Shown in pieces: positions 19,781 through 33,419 of a DNA stretch of 64,000 nt (positions are counted from its first letter, which is position 1; each line of letters begins with the position of its first letter). Source of the DNA: an uncultured delta proteobacterium. GTDB taxonomy: Bacteria > Myxococcota > Myxococcia > Myxococcales > Anaeromyxobacteraceae. A program made the position numbers and the translations under genes. The stretch lies in assembly GCA_963828255.1 (NCBI GenBank), contig CAWHDZ010000034.1, forward strand, positions 32,001-96,000, given 5' to 3'. A model generated the notes under the pieces. The model did not search any database. It was not told where the DNA came from and was given only the letters and a program-made list of their open reading frames with translations.

Positions 19781-21168
19781 GCCCCGGACCCTCGTTCACC
19801 GCAGGTGAACTGGCGGCGGCCACCGGCGGCCGCTGGCTGGGCGACCGCCCGGCCCCGGTCGCGGGGATCTCCACCGACACCCGCGCCATCCTGGCCGGCA
19901 GCGCTTTCCTGGCCCTGCGCGGCGAGCGCTTCGACGGGCACGACTTCCTCGCCGAGGCGGCCCGGTCGGGGGCCTCCTGCGCGGTGGTGGCCCGCGGGCG
20001 CGCCGTGGCGGGGCCGCCGGAGCTTCCGCTCCTCGAGGTCGAGGACACGCTCCCGGCCCTCGGCGCCATCGCCCGCCTGCACCGGCTGCGCTTCTCCATC
20101 CCGGTGGTTGGCGTCACCGGCTCGAACGGCAAGACCACCACCCGCGAGATGATCGCCGGCATCCTGGCCACGCGCGGCCCGGTGCTCGCGACCGAGGGCA
20201 ACCTGAACAACGAGGTGGGGGTGCCGCTGACGCTCCTGCGGCTCGGCTCCTCCCACACCGCGGCGGTGATCGAGATGGGCATGAGCCACCGGGGCGAGAT
20301 TGGCCGGCTCACCGCCATGGCCGAGCCGCGCGTGGGCGTGGTGACGAATGCCTTCCCGGCCCACCTCGAGGGGCTCGGCTCGGTGGACGGCGTGGCCGAG
20401 GCCAAGGGGGAGCTCTACAAGGGGCTGCCCGCCAGCGGCATCGTCATCGCCAACGCCGACGACCCGCGCATGCTGCACCGGGCCCGCAAGTCGGGGCGCC
20501 GCGTCCTCACCTTCTCGGGAGGCGGCGCGAAGGGGGCCGACGTGTCGGTCCTCTCCGTCCTGTCGCAGGACCCGGAGGGCATGCGCTTCCTGCTCGGCAT
20601 CGGCACGAAGGAGGTCGAGGTGCGCCTCCCGCTGGTGGGTCGGCACAACGCCGTGAACGCCGCGGCCGCGGCCGCAGCCGCGCTCTCGCTGGGGTGCAGC
20701 GACCGCGAGATCGTCCGCGGCCTGGCCGGGGTGCGCCCGGTGGGGCGGCGCCTGCGCGTGGAGCGGCTCCCCTCCGGCGTGCTGCTGGTGGACGACTGCT
20801 ACAACGCCAACCCGGCCTCGATGAAGGCGGCCCTGCTCACCCTGCGGGAGCTGGCCGGCCCGGGGCGCGCGCTCGCCGCGCTCGGCGACATGCTCGAGCT
20901 CGGCCCCACCGAGGACGAGCTGCACCGGGAGCTGGGCAGGGACGCCGCCGCCGCGGGGCTCGCCGCCCTGGCCACCTTCGGACCGCGCGCCCGGCTGGCC
21001 CGCCTGGCCGCGCTCGAGGCCGGCATGAACCCGTCCGACACCTTCCACACCGAGGATCCCCTGCCGCTCGTCGCGTTCGTGCGCGAGCGGCTCCGCCCCG
21101 GCGACGTGCTCCTCGTGAAGGGGAGCCGGGGGATGAAGCTCGAGAGACTCGTCGAGGCCCTGCGCTAG
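19777..21168 (+). CDS. murF: UDP-MurNAc-tripeptide:D-Ala-D-Ala ligase
   Basis: GSNGKTTT, NLNNEVGVP, DCYNANP, LGDMLELG, VKGSRG. Confidence 0.95.
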   Translation: MSPGPSFTAGELAAATGGRWLGDRPAPVAGISTDTRAILAGSAFLALRGERFDGHDFLAEAARSGASCAVVARGRAVAGPPELPLLEVEDTLPALGAIARLHRLRFSIPVVGVTGSNGKTTTREMIAGILATRGPVLATEGNLNNEVGVPLTLLRLGSSHTAAVIEMGMSHRGEIGRLTAMAEPRVGVVTNAFPAHLEGLGSVDGVAEAKGELYKGLPASGIVIANADDPRMLHRARKSGRRVLTFSGGGAKGADVSVLSVLSQDPEGMRFLLGIGTKEVEVRLPLVGRHNAVNAAAAAAAALSLGCSDREIVRGLAGVRPVGRRLRVERLPSGVLLVDDCYNANPASMKAALLTLRELAGPGRALAALGDMLELGPTEDELHRELGRDAAAAGLAALATFGPRARLARLAALEAGMNPSDTFHTEDPLPLVAFVRERLRPGDVLLVKGSRGMKLERLVEALR

Positions 21169-22311
21169 ATGCTCTACCTCCTCCTCTATCCCATGGCGCA
21201 GCGCTTCACGGTGCTCAACGTGCTGCGCTACCCCTCCTTCCGCATCGTGGCGGCGGGGCTCACCGCGCTGGTCCTCGGGCTGCTCCTCGGCCCCTGGTTC
21301 ATCGAGCGCATGCGCAGGCTCCAGTACGGCCACTCCAACGTCCGCGAGGACACGCCCGACGGTCACAAGAAGAAGATCGGGACCCCGTCGATGGGTGGCG
21401 CGCTCATCCTGCTCGCGCTGGTGGCGGCCACGCTGCTCTTCGCCGACCTGCGCAGCCGCCTGGTCTGGGCGGTGCTCCTCGTCACCGTGGGTTACGGGGC
21501 GGTGGGCTTCGCCGACGACTACCTCAAGATCGCGAGGAAGAACTCCAAGGGGCTTCCCGGCCGCCAGAAGCTCTTCTGGCAGACCCTCATCGTCCTGGTC
21601 GTCTACGTGGTCTTCCTCACCGACTGGAACTTCCAGCTCGACGCCACCTTCCCCTTCCTGACCGTGGGCTCCTTCCTCGACACCCACGTGACCCTCCCCT
21701 TCGTCCCCACCCGGCGCTTCGACTGGAACATGGGCTGGGCCTACGTCCCCTTCATGCTCCTCGTGGTGGTGGGGACCTCCAACGCGGTCAACCTCACCGA
21801 CGGCCTCGACGGGCTCGCCATCGGCCCCTCCATCGTCTCGGCGGTGGCCTTCCTGGTGCTCTCCTACGTGGCCGGCACCACCATCGCCGGCTTCAGCCTG
21901 GCCGCCTACCTGGGCATCCCGCCGGTGCACGGCTCCGAGGAGCTGGCGGTCTTCTGCGCCGCCATGGCCGGGGCCGGCATCGCCTTCCTCTGGTTCAACA
22001 CCTACCCGGCCTCGATGTTCATGGGGGACGTCGGCTCGCTGGCCCTGGGCGGCGCGCTGGGCATGCTGGCCATTCTCACCAAGAACGAGGTGGCCTCGGC
22101 CATCCTGAACGGCGTCTTCCTGGTCGAGGCGGTGAGCGTCATCGTGCAGGTGGCCTCCTTCCGCACCACCGGGAGGCGGGTCTTCCGCATGGCCCCCATC
22201 CACCACCACTTCGAGCTCTCCGGGCTTTCGGAGCCCAAGATCATCGTGCGATTCTGGATCGCTTCCATCATGCTGGCGCTGGTCGCCCTCATGTCGCTCA
22301 AGCTCCGCTAG
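21169..22311 (+). CDS. mraY: Phospho-N-acetylmuramoyl-pentapeptide transferase
   Basis: GTPSMGG, DDYLK, NAVNLTDGLDGL, FMGDVGS, MAPIHHHFE. Confidence 0.97.
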   Translation: MLYLLLYPMAQRFTVLNVLRYPSFRIVAAGLTALVLGLLLGPWFIERMRRLQYGHSNVREDTPDGHKKKIGTPSMGGALILLALVAATLLFADLRSRLVWAVLLVTVGYGAVGFADDYLKIARKNSKGLPGRQKLFWQTLIVLVVYVVFLTDWNFQLDATFPFLTVGSFLDTHVTLPFVPTRRFDWNMGWAYVPFMLLVVVGTSNAVNLTDGLDGLAIGPSIVSAVAFLVLSYVAGTTIAGFSLAAYLGIPPVHGSEELAVFCAAMAGAGIAFLWFNTYPASMFMGDVGSLALGGALGMLAILTKNEVASAILNGVFLVEAVSVIVQVASFRTTGRRVFRMAPIHHHFELSGLSEPKIIVRFWIASIMLALVALMSLKLR

Positions 22312-22321
22312 GAGGAGAACC

Positions 22322-23692
22322 GTGCCGCTGCAGCTCTCCGGGAAGAAGGTGCTGGTGGTCGGGCTGGCCCGCAGCGGCGCCGCGGCCGCGCGGCTGGCCA
22401 TCCGGGAGGGTGCGCGGGTCACGGTCACCGACCGGCGCACCGCCGGCGAGCTCTCCCAGGCGCTGGCCCCGCTGGAGGGGCTGCCCGTCTCGCTCTCGCT
22501 GGGCGGCCACGAGGAGCGCGACTTCACCTCGGCCGACCTGGTGGTGGTCTCGCCGGGCGTCCCGCTCACCCTGCCGGGAATCGCCGCGGCCCGGCGCGCC
22601 GGCATCCCCGTCCTGGGCGAGGTGGAGCTCGCCTCCCGTCTCCTCGGGGACGTCCCGGTGGTCGCCATCACCGGCACGAACGGCAAGAGCACCACCACCG
22701 CCCTCACCGGGCGGCTCTTCCAGGAGGACCGGGCCGCCTTCGTGGGCGGCAACCTGGGGACGCCCTTCTCCGAGATCCTGCTCTCCGGCACCCGGTTCGA
22801 CGTGGCGGTCCTCGAGCTATCCTCCTTCCAGCTCGAGGGGATCGAGCGCTTCCGCCCCAGGGTGGCGGCCATCCTGAACGTCACCCCGGACCACCTCGAC
22901 CGGCACGGCGGCATGGACGGCTACATCGCGGCCAAGGCGCGCCTCTTCTCGAACCAGCAGCCAGGCGACGTGGCGGTGGCGAACGACCGGGACCCGCTGG
23001 CGCTGGCGGCGGCCCGCTCGAGCCGGGGCGACGTGATCACCTTCGGATTCGGCGGCCGCGCATCCATGGCCGCCCGCGACGACGGAGAGGTGGTCCGCTG
23101 GACCGGCCCCACCGGCGAGCCGGAGCGCTACCGGATCCGCAGCCGGGCCCTGCTCGGCCGCCACAACCGGGAGAACGCCATGGCGGCGGTGATCTGCGCC
23201 CGCATGATGGGCGTGCCCGGGCCGGCGGTGCAGCGCGGGCTGGACGGTTTCCCGGGGCTGCCGCACCGGCTCGAGCTGGTCGCCTCGCGCGGCGGCGTGG
23301 AGTGGGTGAACGACTCCAAGGCCACCAACGTGGACTCGACGGTGGTCGGGCTCTCGGCCTTCCCGGCCGGCAAGGCGTCGGTGATCCTGCTCCTGGGCGG
23401 GCGCGGCAAGGGGGCCCCCTACGCGCCGCTCCGCGCCCTCTTCCCCGGGCGCGTCAAGGCCCTCCTCACCCTGGGTGAAGACGCCCCGGCCATCGAGCGG
23501 GAGCTCGGCGACCTCGGCCCCACCGAGTCCTGCGGCGACCTCCCCACCGCGGTGGCCCGCGCCGCCCGCCTGGCAGCCCCCGGGGACGTGGTCCTCCTCT
23601 CCCCGTCCTGCGCCAGCTACGACCAGTTCCGGACCTACGAGGAGCGCGGGGAGACCTTCCGGCGCCTCGCCGCGGCGGCTCCCCTGCCATGA
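22322..23692 (+). CDS. murD: UDP-MurNAc-L-Ala:D-Glu ligase
   Basis: GTNGKSTT, ELSSFQL, DHLDRH, NDSKATN, SPSCASYDQF. Confidence 0.96.
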   Translation: MPLQLSGKKVLVVGLARSGAAAARLAIREGARVTVTDRRTAGELSQALAPLEGLPVSLSLGGHEERDFTSADLVVVSPGVPLTLPGIAAARRAGIPVLGEVELASRLLGDVPVVAITGTNGKSTTTALTGRLFQEDRAAFVGGNLGTPFSEILLSGTRFDVAVLELSSFQLEGIERFRPRVAAILNVTPDHLDRHGGMDGYIAAKARLFSNQQPGDVAVANDRDPLALAAARSSRGDVITFGFGGRASMAARDDGEVVRWTGPTGEPERYRIRSRALLGRHNRENAMAAVICARMMGVPGPAVQRGLDGFPGLPHRLELVASRGGVEWVNDSKATNVDSTVVGLSAFPAGKASVILLLGGRGKGAPYAPLRALFPGRVKALLTLGEDAPAIERELGDLGPTESCGDLPTAVARAARLAAPGDVVLLSPSCASYDQFRTYEERGETFRRLAAAAPLP

Positions 23693-24873
23693 GCGACGAC
23701 GCCATCCCCGCCCGCCGCTCCCCGGCCGCCCTCCCGCTCGACCCGTGGATGATGGCCGCGGTGCTGCTCCTCACTGGATTTGGCCTCGTCATGGTCTACT
23801 CGGCGAGCGCCGTGACCGCCGACGCCAGGGTTCACGACCAGTTTTACTACCTCAAGCGGCAGCTGGTCGCCTCCGGGGTGGGGTTCGCCCTCCTGCTTGC
23901 CTTCCTCAAGATCGGGTACCGCCGCCTCGAGCCGCTGGCGGTGCCGCTCCTGCTCGCGGTGGTGGTGGCGCTCCTGCTCGTGCTCGTCCCCGGCATCGGC
24001 AAGGTGGCCGGCGGGGCGCGGCGCTGGATCGACCTGGGGATCGTCCGCTTCCAGCCCGCCGAGGCCGCCAAGGTGGTCCTGGTGCTCTACCTGGCCCGCT
24101 CGCTCTCCCGCAAGAAGGAGCGGATGCGCATGTTCTCGGTGGGCTTCCTCCCCCACCTCGCGGTGACGCTCGCGCTGGTGGGGCTGGTGCTGGCCGAGCG
24201 GGACCTGGGGACGGCCGTCATCCTGCTCCTCGTGCTCTTCGTCATGCTCTTCGCGGGCGGCGTGAAGGTGGTCTACCTGCTCGGCGCCGTGGCGCTCTCC
24301 ATCCCCATCGGCTGGAAGCTCATCGCCGGCACCCCCTACCGCATGCAGCGCATCACCGCCTTCCTCGATCCCTGGCAGCACCGGGAGGGCATCGGGTTCC
24401 AGATCGTCGAGTCGATGCTGGGCATCGGCAACGGCGGCTGGTTCGGCCAGGGGCTCGGCGAGGGCAAGGGGAAGCTCTTCTACCTGCCCGCCGCCCACAC
24501 CGACTTCATCGCCGCGGTCATCGCCGAGGAGGTCGGCCTGGTCGGCATGTCCCTGCTCGTGCTCCTCTTCGCGGTGCTGGTGTGGCGCGGGTTCCGGGCC
24601 ACCGTGCGCGCTCCCGACGCCTTCGGCTGCCACGTGGCGCTGGGGCTCACCACCCTCATCGGCTCCCAGGCCCTGGTGAACCTGTCGGTGGTGCTGGGGC
24701 TCCTCCCCACCAAGGGGCTCACCCTGCCCTTCGTCTCCTACGGGGGCAGTTCCCTCATGACCATGCTGGCGGCGGCCGGGATCCTGCTCTCGGTCTCCGG
24801 CGGCCAGGGCGGCTTCCTGAGGGCCCAGCGCGCGCCCCGCCTCGCCGCCACCGCGGAGGGGAGCGCCTCGTGA
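23689..24873 (+). CDS. ftsW: SEDS peptidoglycan polymerase FtsW
   Basis: [42 protein letters not shown]. Confidence 0.96.
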   Translation: MSDDAIPARRSPAALPLDPWMMAAVLLLTGFGLVMVYSASAVTADARVHDQFYYLKRQLVASGVGFALLLAFLKIGYRRLEPLAVPLLLAVVVALLLVLVPGIGKVAGGARRWIDLGIVRFQPAEAAKVVLVLYLARSLSRKKERMRMFSVGFLPHLAVTLALVGLVLAERDLGTAVILLLVLFVMLFAGGVKVVYLLGAVALSIPIGWKLIAGTPYRMQRITAFLDPWQHREGIGFQIVESMLGIGNGGWFGQGLGEGKGKLFYLPAAHTDFIAAVIAEEVGLVGMSLLVLLFAVLVWRGFRATVRAPDAFGCHVALGLTTLIGSQALVNLSVVLGLLPTKGLTLPFVSYGGSSLMTMLAAAGILLSVSGGQGGFLRAQRAPRLAATAEGSAS

Positions 24874-26023
24874 GGCTGCTCGTGGCCGGCGGAGGAACGG
24901 GGGGACACGTCTTCCCGGGCATCGCGCTGGCCGAGGAGGTGGTCACCCGCCACCCCAAGAACGACGTGGTCTTCGTGGGGACGGCCCGCGGCCTGGAGGC
25001 CTCGGTGGTCCCCATCGCCGGCTACCCCATCGAACTCATCGACGTGCGCGGCCTCAAGGGCAAGGGGATCGGGAGCGTCCTCACGGGGCTCCTGCGCCTG
25101 CCGCGCGCCTTCGTGCAGTCCTGGCAGGTCCTGCGGAAGTGGAGGCCGGACGTGGTGGTGGGCGTGGGCGGCTACGCCTCCGGCCCCGTGGTGCTGGCAG
25201 CGCGCCTCATGGGCATCCCCACCGCGGTGCAGGAGCAGAACGCGGTGGCCGGCCTCACCAACCGGCTGCTCGGCAAGTTCGTCCAGGCCGCCTTCACCGC
25301 CTTCCCCGAGGCCGGACGCCTGTTCCCGGCCCGCAAGGTCCAGCAGCTCGGCAACCCCATCCGCCGCCAGCTCCTGGAGAACTACATGCGGCCGGTCTCC
25401 AAGCGGGACGAGCAGCTCCGCGTGCTGGTCTTCGGCGGGTCGCAGGGCGCCCACGGCCTCAACATGCGGGTCATCGAGGCGCTCCCCTTCCTCGCCGACC
25501 TGCGCGAGCGCGTCCGCTTCGTCCACCAGACCGGGGCGCGGGACCGCGAGCAGGTGGAGAAGGGGTACGCCGGCGTGGGGTTCGCCCCGGACGTGCGCGA
25601 GTTCATCACCGACATGAGCGCCGCCTACGCGGGCAGCGACCTGGTGGTCTGCCGCGCCGGGGCCACCACGCTCGCCGAGCTCACGGTCTGCAAGAAACCC
25701 TCGATCCTGGTCCCCTTCCCGGCCGCCGCCGACAACCACCAGGTGGTGAACGCCCGGAGCCTGGTGGACGCCGGGGCCGCGGTGATGATCGAGGAGCGCG
25801 ACCTCACCGGCGAGCTGCTCGCCTCCGAGATGCGCCGCGTGCTGCTCGACCCTTCGGTGCGCGACCGGATGGCCCGGGCGGCCGGCCTGCTGGGGCGCCC
25901 CCAGGCGGCCAGCGAGATCGCCGACGTGCTCACCCAGCTCACCGTGCGTCGCTGGGGAACCCCCAAGGGGCGCCCGCGCCCTCCGGGCTTCGCCCCCGTC
26001 CGCCCCCCCACCGCCGGACCGAA

Positions 26024-26027
<4 letters not shown>
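24870..26027 (+). CDS. murG: Undecaprenyl-PP-MurNAc-pentapeptide GlcNAc transferase
   Basis: [38 protein letters not shown]. Confidence 0.96.
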
Positions 26028-27399
<1,372 letters not shown>

Positions 27400-27403
<4 letters not shown>

Positions 27404-28314
27404 CCTGGCCCCGGGAGGTGGCGGCCGCCGTCCGCGGCGAGTGCACGCCGGACGCGCCCATGGCCCCCCGGACCTCCATCCGCGTGGGCGGGCCCGCCGA
27501 CCTCCTGGTGCGCCCGGCCGACGCGGCCGACGTGGTGGCGCTCCTCCGGGAGTGCGCCCCGCACGCCCTGCCCGTGATGGTGCTGGGCGGCGGCGCCAAC
27601 CTGCTCGTGGCCGACGCCGGCATCCGCGGGGTGGTGGTCCGGCTCCCCGTGGACCTGGGCGAGGAGTCCCTGGACGGGGAGCGGCTCGTGATCTCCGGTG
27701 GAGCGCCGGTGACCCGGCTCGTGCAGCGCGCCGTGGCCGCCGGCCTCACCGGCTGCGAGTTCGCGGCCGGCATCCCGGGCACCCTGGGCGGCGCCGTCGC
27801 CATGAACGCCGGGACCCGCGCCGGCGAGATGAAGGACGTGGTGGAGCGGGTCGAGGTGGCCACGCCGGAGGGGGTGCGCTGGATCCCGGCCGAGGAGCTC
27901 GGCTTCGCCTACCGCACCTGCCGCCTCCCCGAGGGGGCGGTGGTCACGCGGGTGGGGCTCCGCCTGCAGCGCGGCGACGTGGCGGCGAGCCGCGCGGTGA
28001 TGGACGCCGACCGGGATCACCGGCGCCGCACCCAGCCGCTCAACTGGCCGACCTGGGGCTCGACCTTCCGCAACCCCCCCGGCGACCACGCCGGCAGGCT
28101 CGTCGAGGCCGCCGGGCTGAAGGGGCACCGCGTGGGCAACGCCATGTGGTCCGACCTGCACGCCAACTTCGTGGTGAACCTGGGCGGCGCCTCGGCGCGC
28201 GACTGCCTCACGCTCATCCGGATGGCGCGGGAGAGGGTCCGGGAGCGGTTCGGAGTCGAGCTGGAGCTCGAGGTGCGGCTCGCCGGCGCGTTCGCGCAGG
28301 ACGAGCACCCCTGA
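27400..28314 (+). CDS. murB: UDP-N-acetylenolpyruvoylglucosamine reductase
   Basis: [39 protein letters not shown]. Confidence 0.95.
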
Positions 28315-28327
28315 AGCGGAGGAGATC

Positions 28328-29254
28328 ATGGGTCGCTGGAGCGGGAAGAAGGTGGCGGTGCTGTACGGGGGCCGCTCGGCGGAGCGGGAGGTCTCGCTCA
28401 AGACGGGCGAGGCCTGCGCGGAGGCGCTGCGGTCGCGCGGGCTCGACGTGACCCTCGTGGACGCGGGGCTCGACCTCGACGTCCGGCTGCGGGCTCTCCG
28501 CGCCGAGGTGGCCTTCGTCGCCCTCCACGGGCGGTACGGGGAGGACGGCTGCGCCCAGGGGCTCCTCGAGTCGATGGGCGTCCCGTACACCGGGTCGGGG
28601 GTGCTCTCGTCGGCCATGGCCATGGACAAGGTGGTCTCGAAGCTCGTCTTCCGCGAGGCCGGGCTGGCGCTCGCCGCCTACCGGGTGTTCCCCGCCTCCC
28701 GGGCCGCATCGATCGGGGTGGCCGACCTGGCCACCGGGCTGCCGGCGGTGGTGAAGCCGGCGTGCGAGGGCTCCTCGGTGGGGGTCCACGTCGTGAAGGA
28801 GGCCGGGGAGCTGGCCTCCGCCCTGGCCGACGCCGCCCGGTTCAAGGGGGATCTCATCGTCGAGGAGTACCTCCGGGGGCAGGAGGTCAACGTGGCCGTC
28901 CTCGACGGTGCGGCGCTGGGAACCGTGGAGATGGTCCCCTCGCGGGAGTTCTACGACTACGTGGCCAAGTACACGCCCGGTTCCACGACCTACCACGTCC
29001 CGGCCCGGCTCCCACCCGAGGCGACCGCCCGGGTGTGCCGCGACGCCGAGACGGCCTACCGGGCGCTGGGGTGCTCCGGCGCGGCCCGGGTGGACTTCAT
29101 CGTCGCCGGGGGTGGGATCCCGTACATCCTCGAGGTGAACACCCTGCCCGGGATGACCGGGACGTCGCTCGTGCCGAAGATCGCCGCCGGGAGGGGAATC
29201 CCCTTCCCCGAGCTCTGCGAACGCATCCTGGACGGCGCCACCCTGAAGGGCTGA
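28328..29254 (+). CDS. ddl: D-alanine--D-alanine ligase
   Basis: GGRSAEREVSL, LHGRYGEDG, EGSSVGV, FYDYVAKY, LEVNTLPGMT. Confidence 0.96.
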   Translation: MGRWSGKKVAVLYGGRSAEREVSLKTGEACAEALRSRGLDVTLVDAGLDLDVRLRALRAEVAFVALHGRYGEDGCAQGLLESMGVPYTGSGVLSSAMAMDKVVSKLVFREAGLALAAYRVFPASRAASIGVADLATGLPAVVKPACEGSSVGVHVVKEAGELASALADAARFKGDLIVEEYLRGQEVNVAVLDGAALGTVEMVPSREFYDYVAKYTPGSTTYHVPARLPPEATARVCRDAETAYRALGCSGAARVDFIVAGGGIPYILEVNTLPGMTGTSLVPKIAAGRGIPFPELCERILDGATLKG

Positions 29255-29370
29255 GCCATGCTCCAGGGACCTTGAATTTACTGGACAGGATCCCCGGCTG
29301 CGTCATGCTGCGCAGTTGGGCGATACCGTCCGGAAGCGGTGGGCGGCGGCGGGGGTCGGGAGGCGGTGGC

Positions 29371-30243
29371 GTGGCGCGGGCGCGCAACAGGCGGCGTGTG
29401 GACCAGGGGCCAAAGGCCCCTCCGGGCGCCCTTCGCCATGGGCTCACCCTGGCCGTGCTGTGGGGCCTCGGCGCGGCCGCCCTCGGAGCCGGCGGGATCG
29501 CCGCCTGGCGCCACTTCACCAAGGGTGACTCGCTGCGGGTCGGGGCGGTGCGCGTGACCGGCACGTCCCGGGCCGCCGCGGCCGAGATCCTGGCGCTCTC
29601 GCCGGTGAAGCCGGGCGACGACCTCCTCACCGCCGACGTGGATGCCGTCGAGCGGGCCGTGGCCCGCCACCCCTGGGTGGCCCGGGCCGAGGCGAGCCGG
29701 ACGCTGCCGCCCGCCATCGAGATCGCGGTGACCGAGCGGATGGCCCGCGCGCTCGTGGACCTGGGGGGAACGTACCTCGTGGACGGCGACGCCCAGGTCT
29801 TCAAGCGGGCCGTGGCGGGCGACGGGCTCGACCTGCCGGTGGTCACCGGCTTCGGGCGGGACGACTTCGCGAAACGGCGGGCCACGGTCGAGGCCGGCCT
29901 GCGCGGCGCCCTGGCGCTCGCCGACGAGTACGAGCGGGAGGGGCTCGTTCCCCTCGCCGCCATCCAGGAGATCCACCTCGACGCCGACTGGGGGGTCACC
30001 CTCTACGTCGGAGACGAGGGAACGCAGGTCCGCCTCGGTCAGGGCGACCTGCCGCAGAAGCTCGACCGGTTGCACCGCGTTCTCGAGGCGCTCCGCGCCG
30101 AGGGGCGCAAGGCCGAGGTGATTCACCTCGACGACCGGAGCCACCCGGATCGGGTCGGTGTCCGGATGTCGGGGGACGTGGAAGGGGTCCGAGAGGGCCC
30201 GGGTCGGCGGCGTGGGCGCGATGCGCCACTCGTCAGGAGGTAG
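29371..30243 (+). CDS. ftsQ: Cell division protein FtsQ/DivIB
   Basis: TM helix plus POTRA domain ([22 protein letters not shown]); GGAGG upstream; precedes ftsA. Confidence 0.88.
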   Translation: MARARNRRRVDQGPKAPPGALRHGLTLAVLWGLGAAALGAGGIAAWRHFTKGDSLRVGAVRVTGTSRAAAAEILALSPVKPGDDLLTADVDAVERAVARHPWVARAEASRTLPPAIEIAVTERMARALVDLGGTYLVDGDAQVFKRAVAGDGLDLPVVTGFGRDDFAKRRATVEAGLRGALALADEYEREGLVPLAAIQEIHLDADWGVTLYVGDEGTQVRLGQGDLPQKLDRLHRVLEALRAEGRKAEVIHLDDRSHPDRVGVRMSGDVEGVREGPGRRRGRDAPLVRR

Positions 30244-30246
30244 CAC

Positions 30247-31476
30247 ATGGCGAAGACTGGGGACATCCTGGTCGGTCTCGACATCGGGACCACCAAGATC
30301 TGCGCGATCGTCGGGGAGATCACCGACGAGGGCATCGACATCATCGGCATCGGGACGCACCCGTCGAAGGGGTTGCGCAAGGGGGTGGTGGTCAACATCG
30401 ACGCCACCGTGGCCTCCATCAGGCGGGCCATCGAGGAAGCCGAGCACATGGCCGGGTGCGAGATCACCACGGTCTACACCGGCATCGCCGGCGGGCACGT
30501 GAAGGCGTTCCCGTCCCACGGCGTGGTGGCCATCAAGGACAGGGAGGTCAAGCAGTCGGACGTGGACCGGGTCATCGACCAGGCCAAGGCGGTCGCCATC
30601 CCCCTCGACCGCGAGGTCATCCACGTCCTGCCCCAGGAGTTCCTGGTGGACGACCAGGATGGCGTGAAGGAGCCGGTGGGGATGAGCGGGGTGCGTCTCG
30701 AGGCCAAGGCCCTCATCGTGACCGGCGCGGTCTCCTCGGCCCAGAACATCGTGAAGTGCGCCCAGCGCACCGGCCTCAACGTGGCCGACATCGTGCTGCA
30801 GCCGCTGGCCAGCTCGCTCGCCACCCTGTCCGAGGACGAGAAGGAGCTGGGGGTGTGCCTGGTGGACGTGGGCGGCGGCACCACCGACATCGCCATCTTC
30901 GCGAACGGCGCCATCCGCCACACCGCGGTGCTGGCGCTGGGCGGCAACCACCTGACCAACGACGTTGCGGTCGGGCTGCGCACCCCCACCCACGAGGCGG
31001 AGCGCATCAAGAAGGCCTACGGATGCGCCATGGCCTCCATGGTGGACCGCGGCGAGACCATCGAGGTCCCCAGCGTGGGCGGCGGCCAGCCCCGGGTGCT
31101 CTCCCGCCAGATCCTGGCCGAGATCATCGAGCCCCGGGTGGAGGAGATCTTCATGCTGGTGCAGCACGAGATCCAGAAGTGCGGGCTCGAGGAGGCCATC
31201 GCCTCGGGCGTGGTCATCACCGGCGGCTCCACGCTGCTCTCGGGGATGAACGAGATGGCCGAGGAGGTGCTGGGCGTGCCGGTGCGGCGCGGGATGCCCA
31301 AGGGGATCGGAGGGCTCGTCGACGTGGTGAAGAGCCCGGTGTTCGCCACCGCGGTGGGGCTCGTCATCTACGGGGCCCAGCAGCGGGCCGGCAGCCCGTA
31401 CTTCAAGATCCGCGAGGAGAACGTCTACCGGAAGGTCAAGAACCGCATGAAGGACTGGCTGGGCGAGATCTTCTAG
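30247..31476 (+). CDS. ftsA: Cell division protein FtsA
   Basis: [24 protein letters not shown], amphipathic C-terminus KDWLGEIF. Confidence 0.97.
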   Translation: MAKTGDILVGLDIGTTKICAIVGEITDEGIDIIGIGTHPSKGLRKGVVVNIDATVASIRRAIEEAEHMAGCEITTVYTGIAGGHVKAFPSHGVVAIKDREVKQSDVDRVIDQAKAVAIPLDREVIHVLPQEFLVDDQDGVKEPVGMSGVRLEAKALIVTGAVSSAQNIVKCAQRTGLNVADIVLQPLASSLATLSEDEKELGVCLVDVGGGTTDIAIFANGAIRHTAVLALGGNHLTNDVAVGLRTPTHEAERIKKAYGCAMASMVDRGETIEVPSVGGGQPRVLSRQILAEIIEPRVEEIFMLVQHEIQKCGLEEAIASGVVITGGSTLLSGMNEMAEEVLGVPVRRGMPKGIGGLVDVVKSPVFATAVGLVIYGAQQRAGSPYFKIREENVYRKVKNRMKDWLGEIF

Positions 31477-31493
31477 CTTCGGGAGAAACCGAC

Positions 31494-32768
31494 ATGATCG
31501 ACTTCGATTCGAGGGAACCCGCGGCGAAGATCAAGGTGATCGGCGTGGGCGGCGGCGGCGGAAACGCCATCAACACCATGGTGGCCGGGCGGCTGGAGGG
31601 CGTCGAGTTCATCGCCGCCAACACCGACGTCCAGGCCCTCGGGGCCAACCGGGCGCAGGTGAAGCTGCAGCTCGGCAAGACCGTGTCGCGCGGCCTGGGG
31701 GCCGGGGCCAACCCCGACCGCGGGCGCGAGGCTGCGCTCGAGGTGCAGGACGCCATCGGCGAGGCCCTGGCCGGCGCCGACATGGTCTTCGTCACCGCCG
31801 GGATGGGGGGCGGCACCGGGACCGGCGCGGCGCCCATCATCGCCGAGATCGCCAAGAAGGCCGGCGCGCTCACGGTGGGCGTGGTCACCAAGCCCTTCCT
31901 CTTCGAGGGCAACCGGCGCCGCAAGCAGGCCGAGACCGGCATCGACGAGCTGCGCGCCGCCGTGGACACGCTCATCGTCATCCCCAACCAGCGGCTGCTC
32001 TCCGTGGCCGGGGAGAGCATGTCGCTGGCCGACGCCTTCAAGCGTGCCGACGAGGTGCTGCTGAACGCCGTGCAGGGCATCTCCGACCTGATCACGGTGC
32101 ACGGCCTCGTCAACGTGGACTTCGCCGACGTTCGCACCATCATGGCCGAGCAGGGGATGGCGCTCATGGGCTCGGGCCGCGCCTCCGGGCCGGGCCGCGC
32201 GGTGGAGGCCATGCAGGCCGCCATCAGCTCGCCGCTCCTCGAGGACGTCACCCTCGACGGCGCCATGGGACTGCTGGTGAACATCACCGGCGGCTCCACG
32301 CTCACCCTGCACGAGGTGGACGAGGCGGTGTCGATGGCCCAGGCCGCCGCCGACCCCGACGCCAACATCATCTTCGGATCGGTGGTGGACGAGCGGATGG
32401 AGGACGAGGTCAAGATCACCGTCATCGCCACCGGCTTCGCCCGCGCCGAGGGGGCCCGTCCCCGCGGCGCGACGCCGCGCCAGGCGACGCTGCCGGTGAC
32501 CGCGGTGGCCGCGGTCCGGCGGGAGGCCCCTCCCCCGCTGCCCGTCCCGGCCCGTTCCGCCGAGGTCCGCGCCGCGCCGGCCCGGCCGATGACGACCCGG
32601 GCCGTGGCCATGCCGCCCACCGACGACGTGCCTCCCGCACCGCGCCCGCGCCCCGCGCCGGCCACCGTCCGGGCCTTCCGTGACGTCGGGTCCTACACGC
32701 CTGCCGACGAGGATCAGTACGACATCCCGGCGTTCCTGCGACGGGGCGGGGCACCCAAGGAGACGTAG
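31494..32768 (+). CDS. ftsZ: Cell division protein FtsZ
   Basis: [24 protein letters not shown]-terminal DIPAFLR. Confidence 0.98.
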   Translation: MIDFDSREPAAKIKVIGVGGGGGNAINTMVAGRLEGVEFIAANTDVQALGANRAQVKLQLGKTVSRGLGAGANPDRGREAALEVQDAIGEALAGADMVFVTAGMGGGTGTGAAPIIAEIAKKAGALTVGVVTKPFLFEGNRRRKQAETGIDELRAAVDTLIVIPNQRLLSVAGESMSLADAFKRADEVLLNAVQGISDLITVHGLVNVDFADVRTIMAEQGMALMGSGRASGPGRAVEAMQAAISSPLLEDVTLDGAMGLLVNITGGSTLTLHEVDEAVSMAQAAADPDANIIFGSVVDERMEDEVKITVIATGFARAEGARPRGATPRQATLPVTAVAAVRREAPPPLPVPARSAEVRAAPARPMTTRAVAMPPTDDVPPAPRPRPAPATVRAFRDVGSYTPADEDQYDIPAFLRRGGAPKET

Positions 32769-32778
32769 GCGGGCGGGG

Positions 32779-33015
32779 CGCCTTCGTTCCGTCAGGACGT
32801 CTGCCGCCGGCGCCTGGGCGCCCCCCTCCGCTCCGCTGTCCTCGCGGCGAGGGTGCTTCCAGCCGGGCTGCGCCGGGCCGCACCGGACCAGAGCGACGCC
32901 CGCTCCCGGCGCCCGCTGCGAAGGCTCCGCTCCGAGGGACGCCCGCGCCGGCTGGGACGGCCCGGGCCGAAGGCGACGCGGGCCTGCGCTCTTCGTGGTG
33001 CCGCCCGGGCGCACG
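32779..33015 (+). repeat. Intergenic repeat arm, copy A
   Basis: CGCCTTCGTTCCGTCA..ACGTCTGCCGCCGG...CCAGAGCGACGCC...GAGGGACGCCCGCGCCGGCTG...GGCCGAAGGCGACGCG; matches the copies at 33.6, 36.7 and 63.6 kb. Confidence 0.9.
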
Positions 33016-33089
33016 AACGGCGGGGGGAGGGCGTTCGCGGGGATGGCGGGTGCCGGCGCTGCGGCGATTGGTGCGTTCGTCGAGGGCGG

Positions 33090-33391
33090 TCAGTTGCCGC
33101 CGGCGACGACGACTTCTCGATCGAGACGATCCGGACGTAGGTCCCGGGGAAGAAGCTGGCGGTGTCCTTCAGGAGCAGGAGCGACGCCTGAACGCGCAGC
33201 CCGGGGACCTTGAACTCGTCCGGCAGCGGAAACGGCGTGTAGACCACACCCGAGTCGGCCTCGATGTACCACCAGCCGGTCTCGAGGTTCCCGTACTGAA
33301 CGGTGCCCTGGGTGTCCACCACCGGTTCGGAACTGCCGCCGCAGGCGACGACCGACACGGCGAAGACGAGGAGCAGGAGCAGGCGACCCAG
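33090..33391 (-). pseudogene. Small lipoprotein, probably frameshifted near its 3' end; CTG start candidate
   Basis: GGAGG-5nt-CTG then GRLLLLLVFAVSVVAC (lipobox)...GTVQYGNLETGWWYIEADSG...YVRIVSIEK; restoring one G at ~33113 gives VVVAGGN-stop at 33090, otherwise the frame runs into repeat A until 32792. Confidence 0.6.
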
Positions 33392-33419
33392 GGAGACCTC
33401 CCGAGGGATCAGCACACGC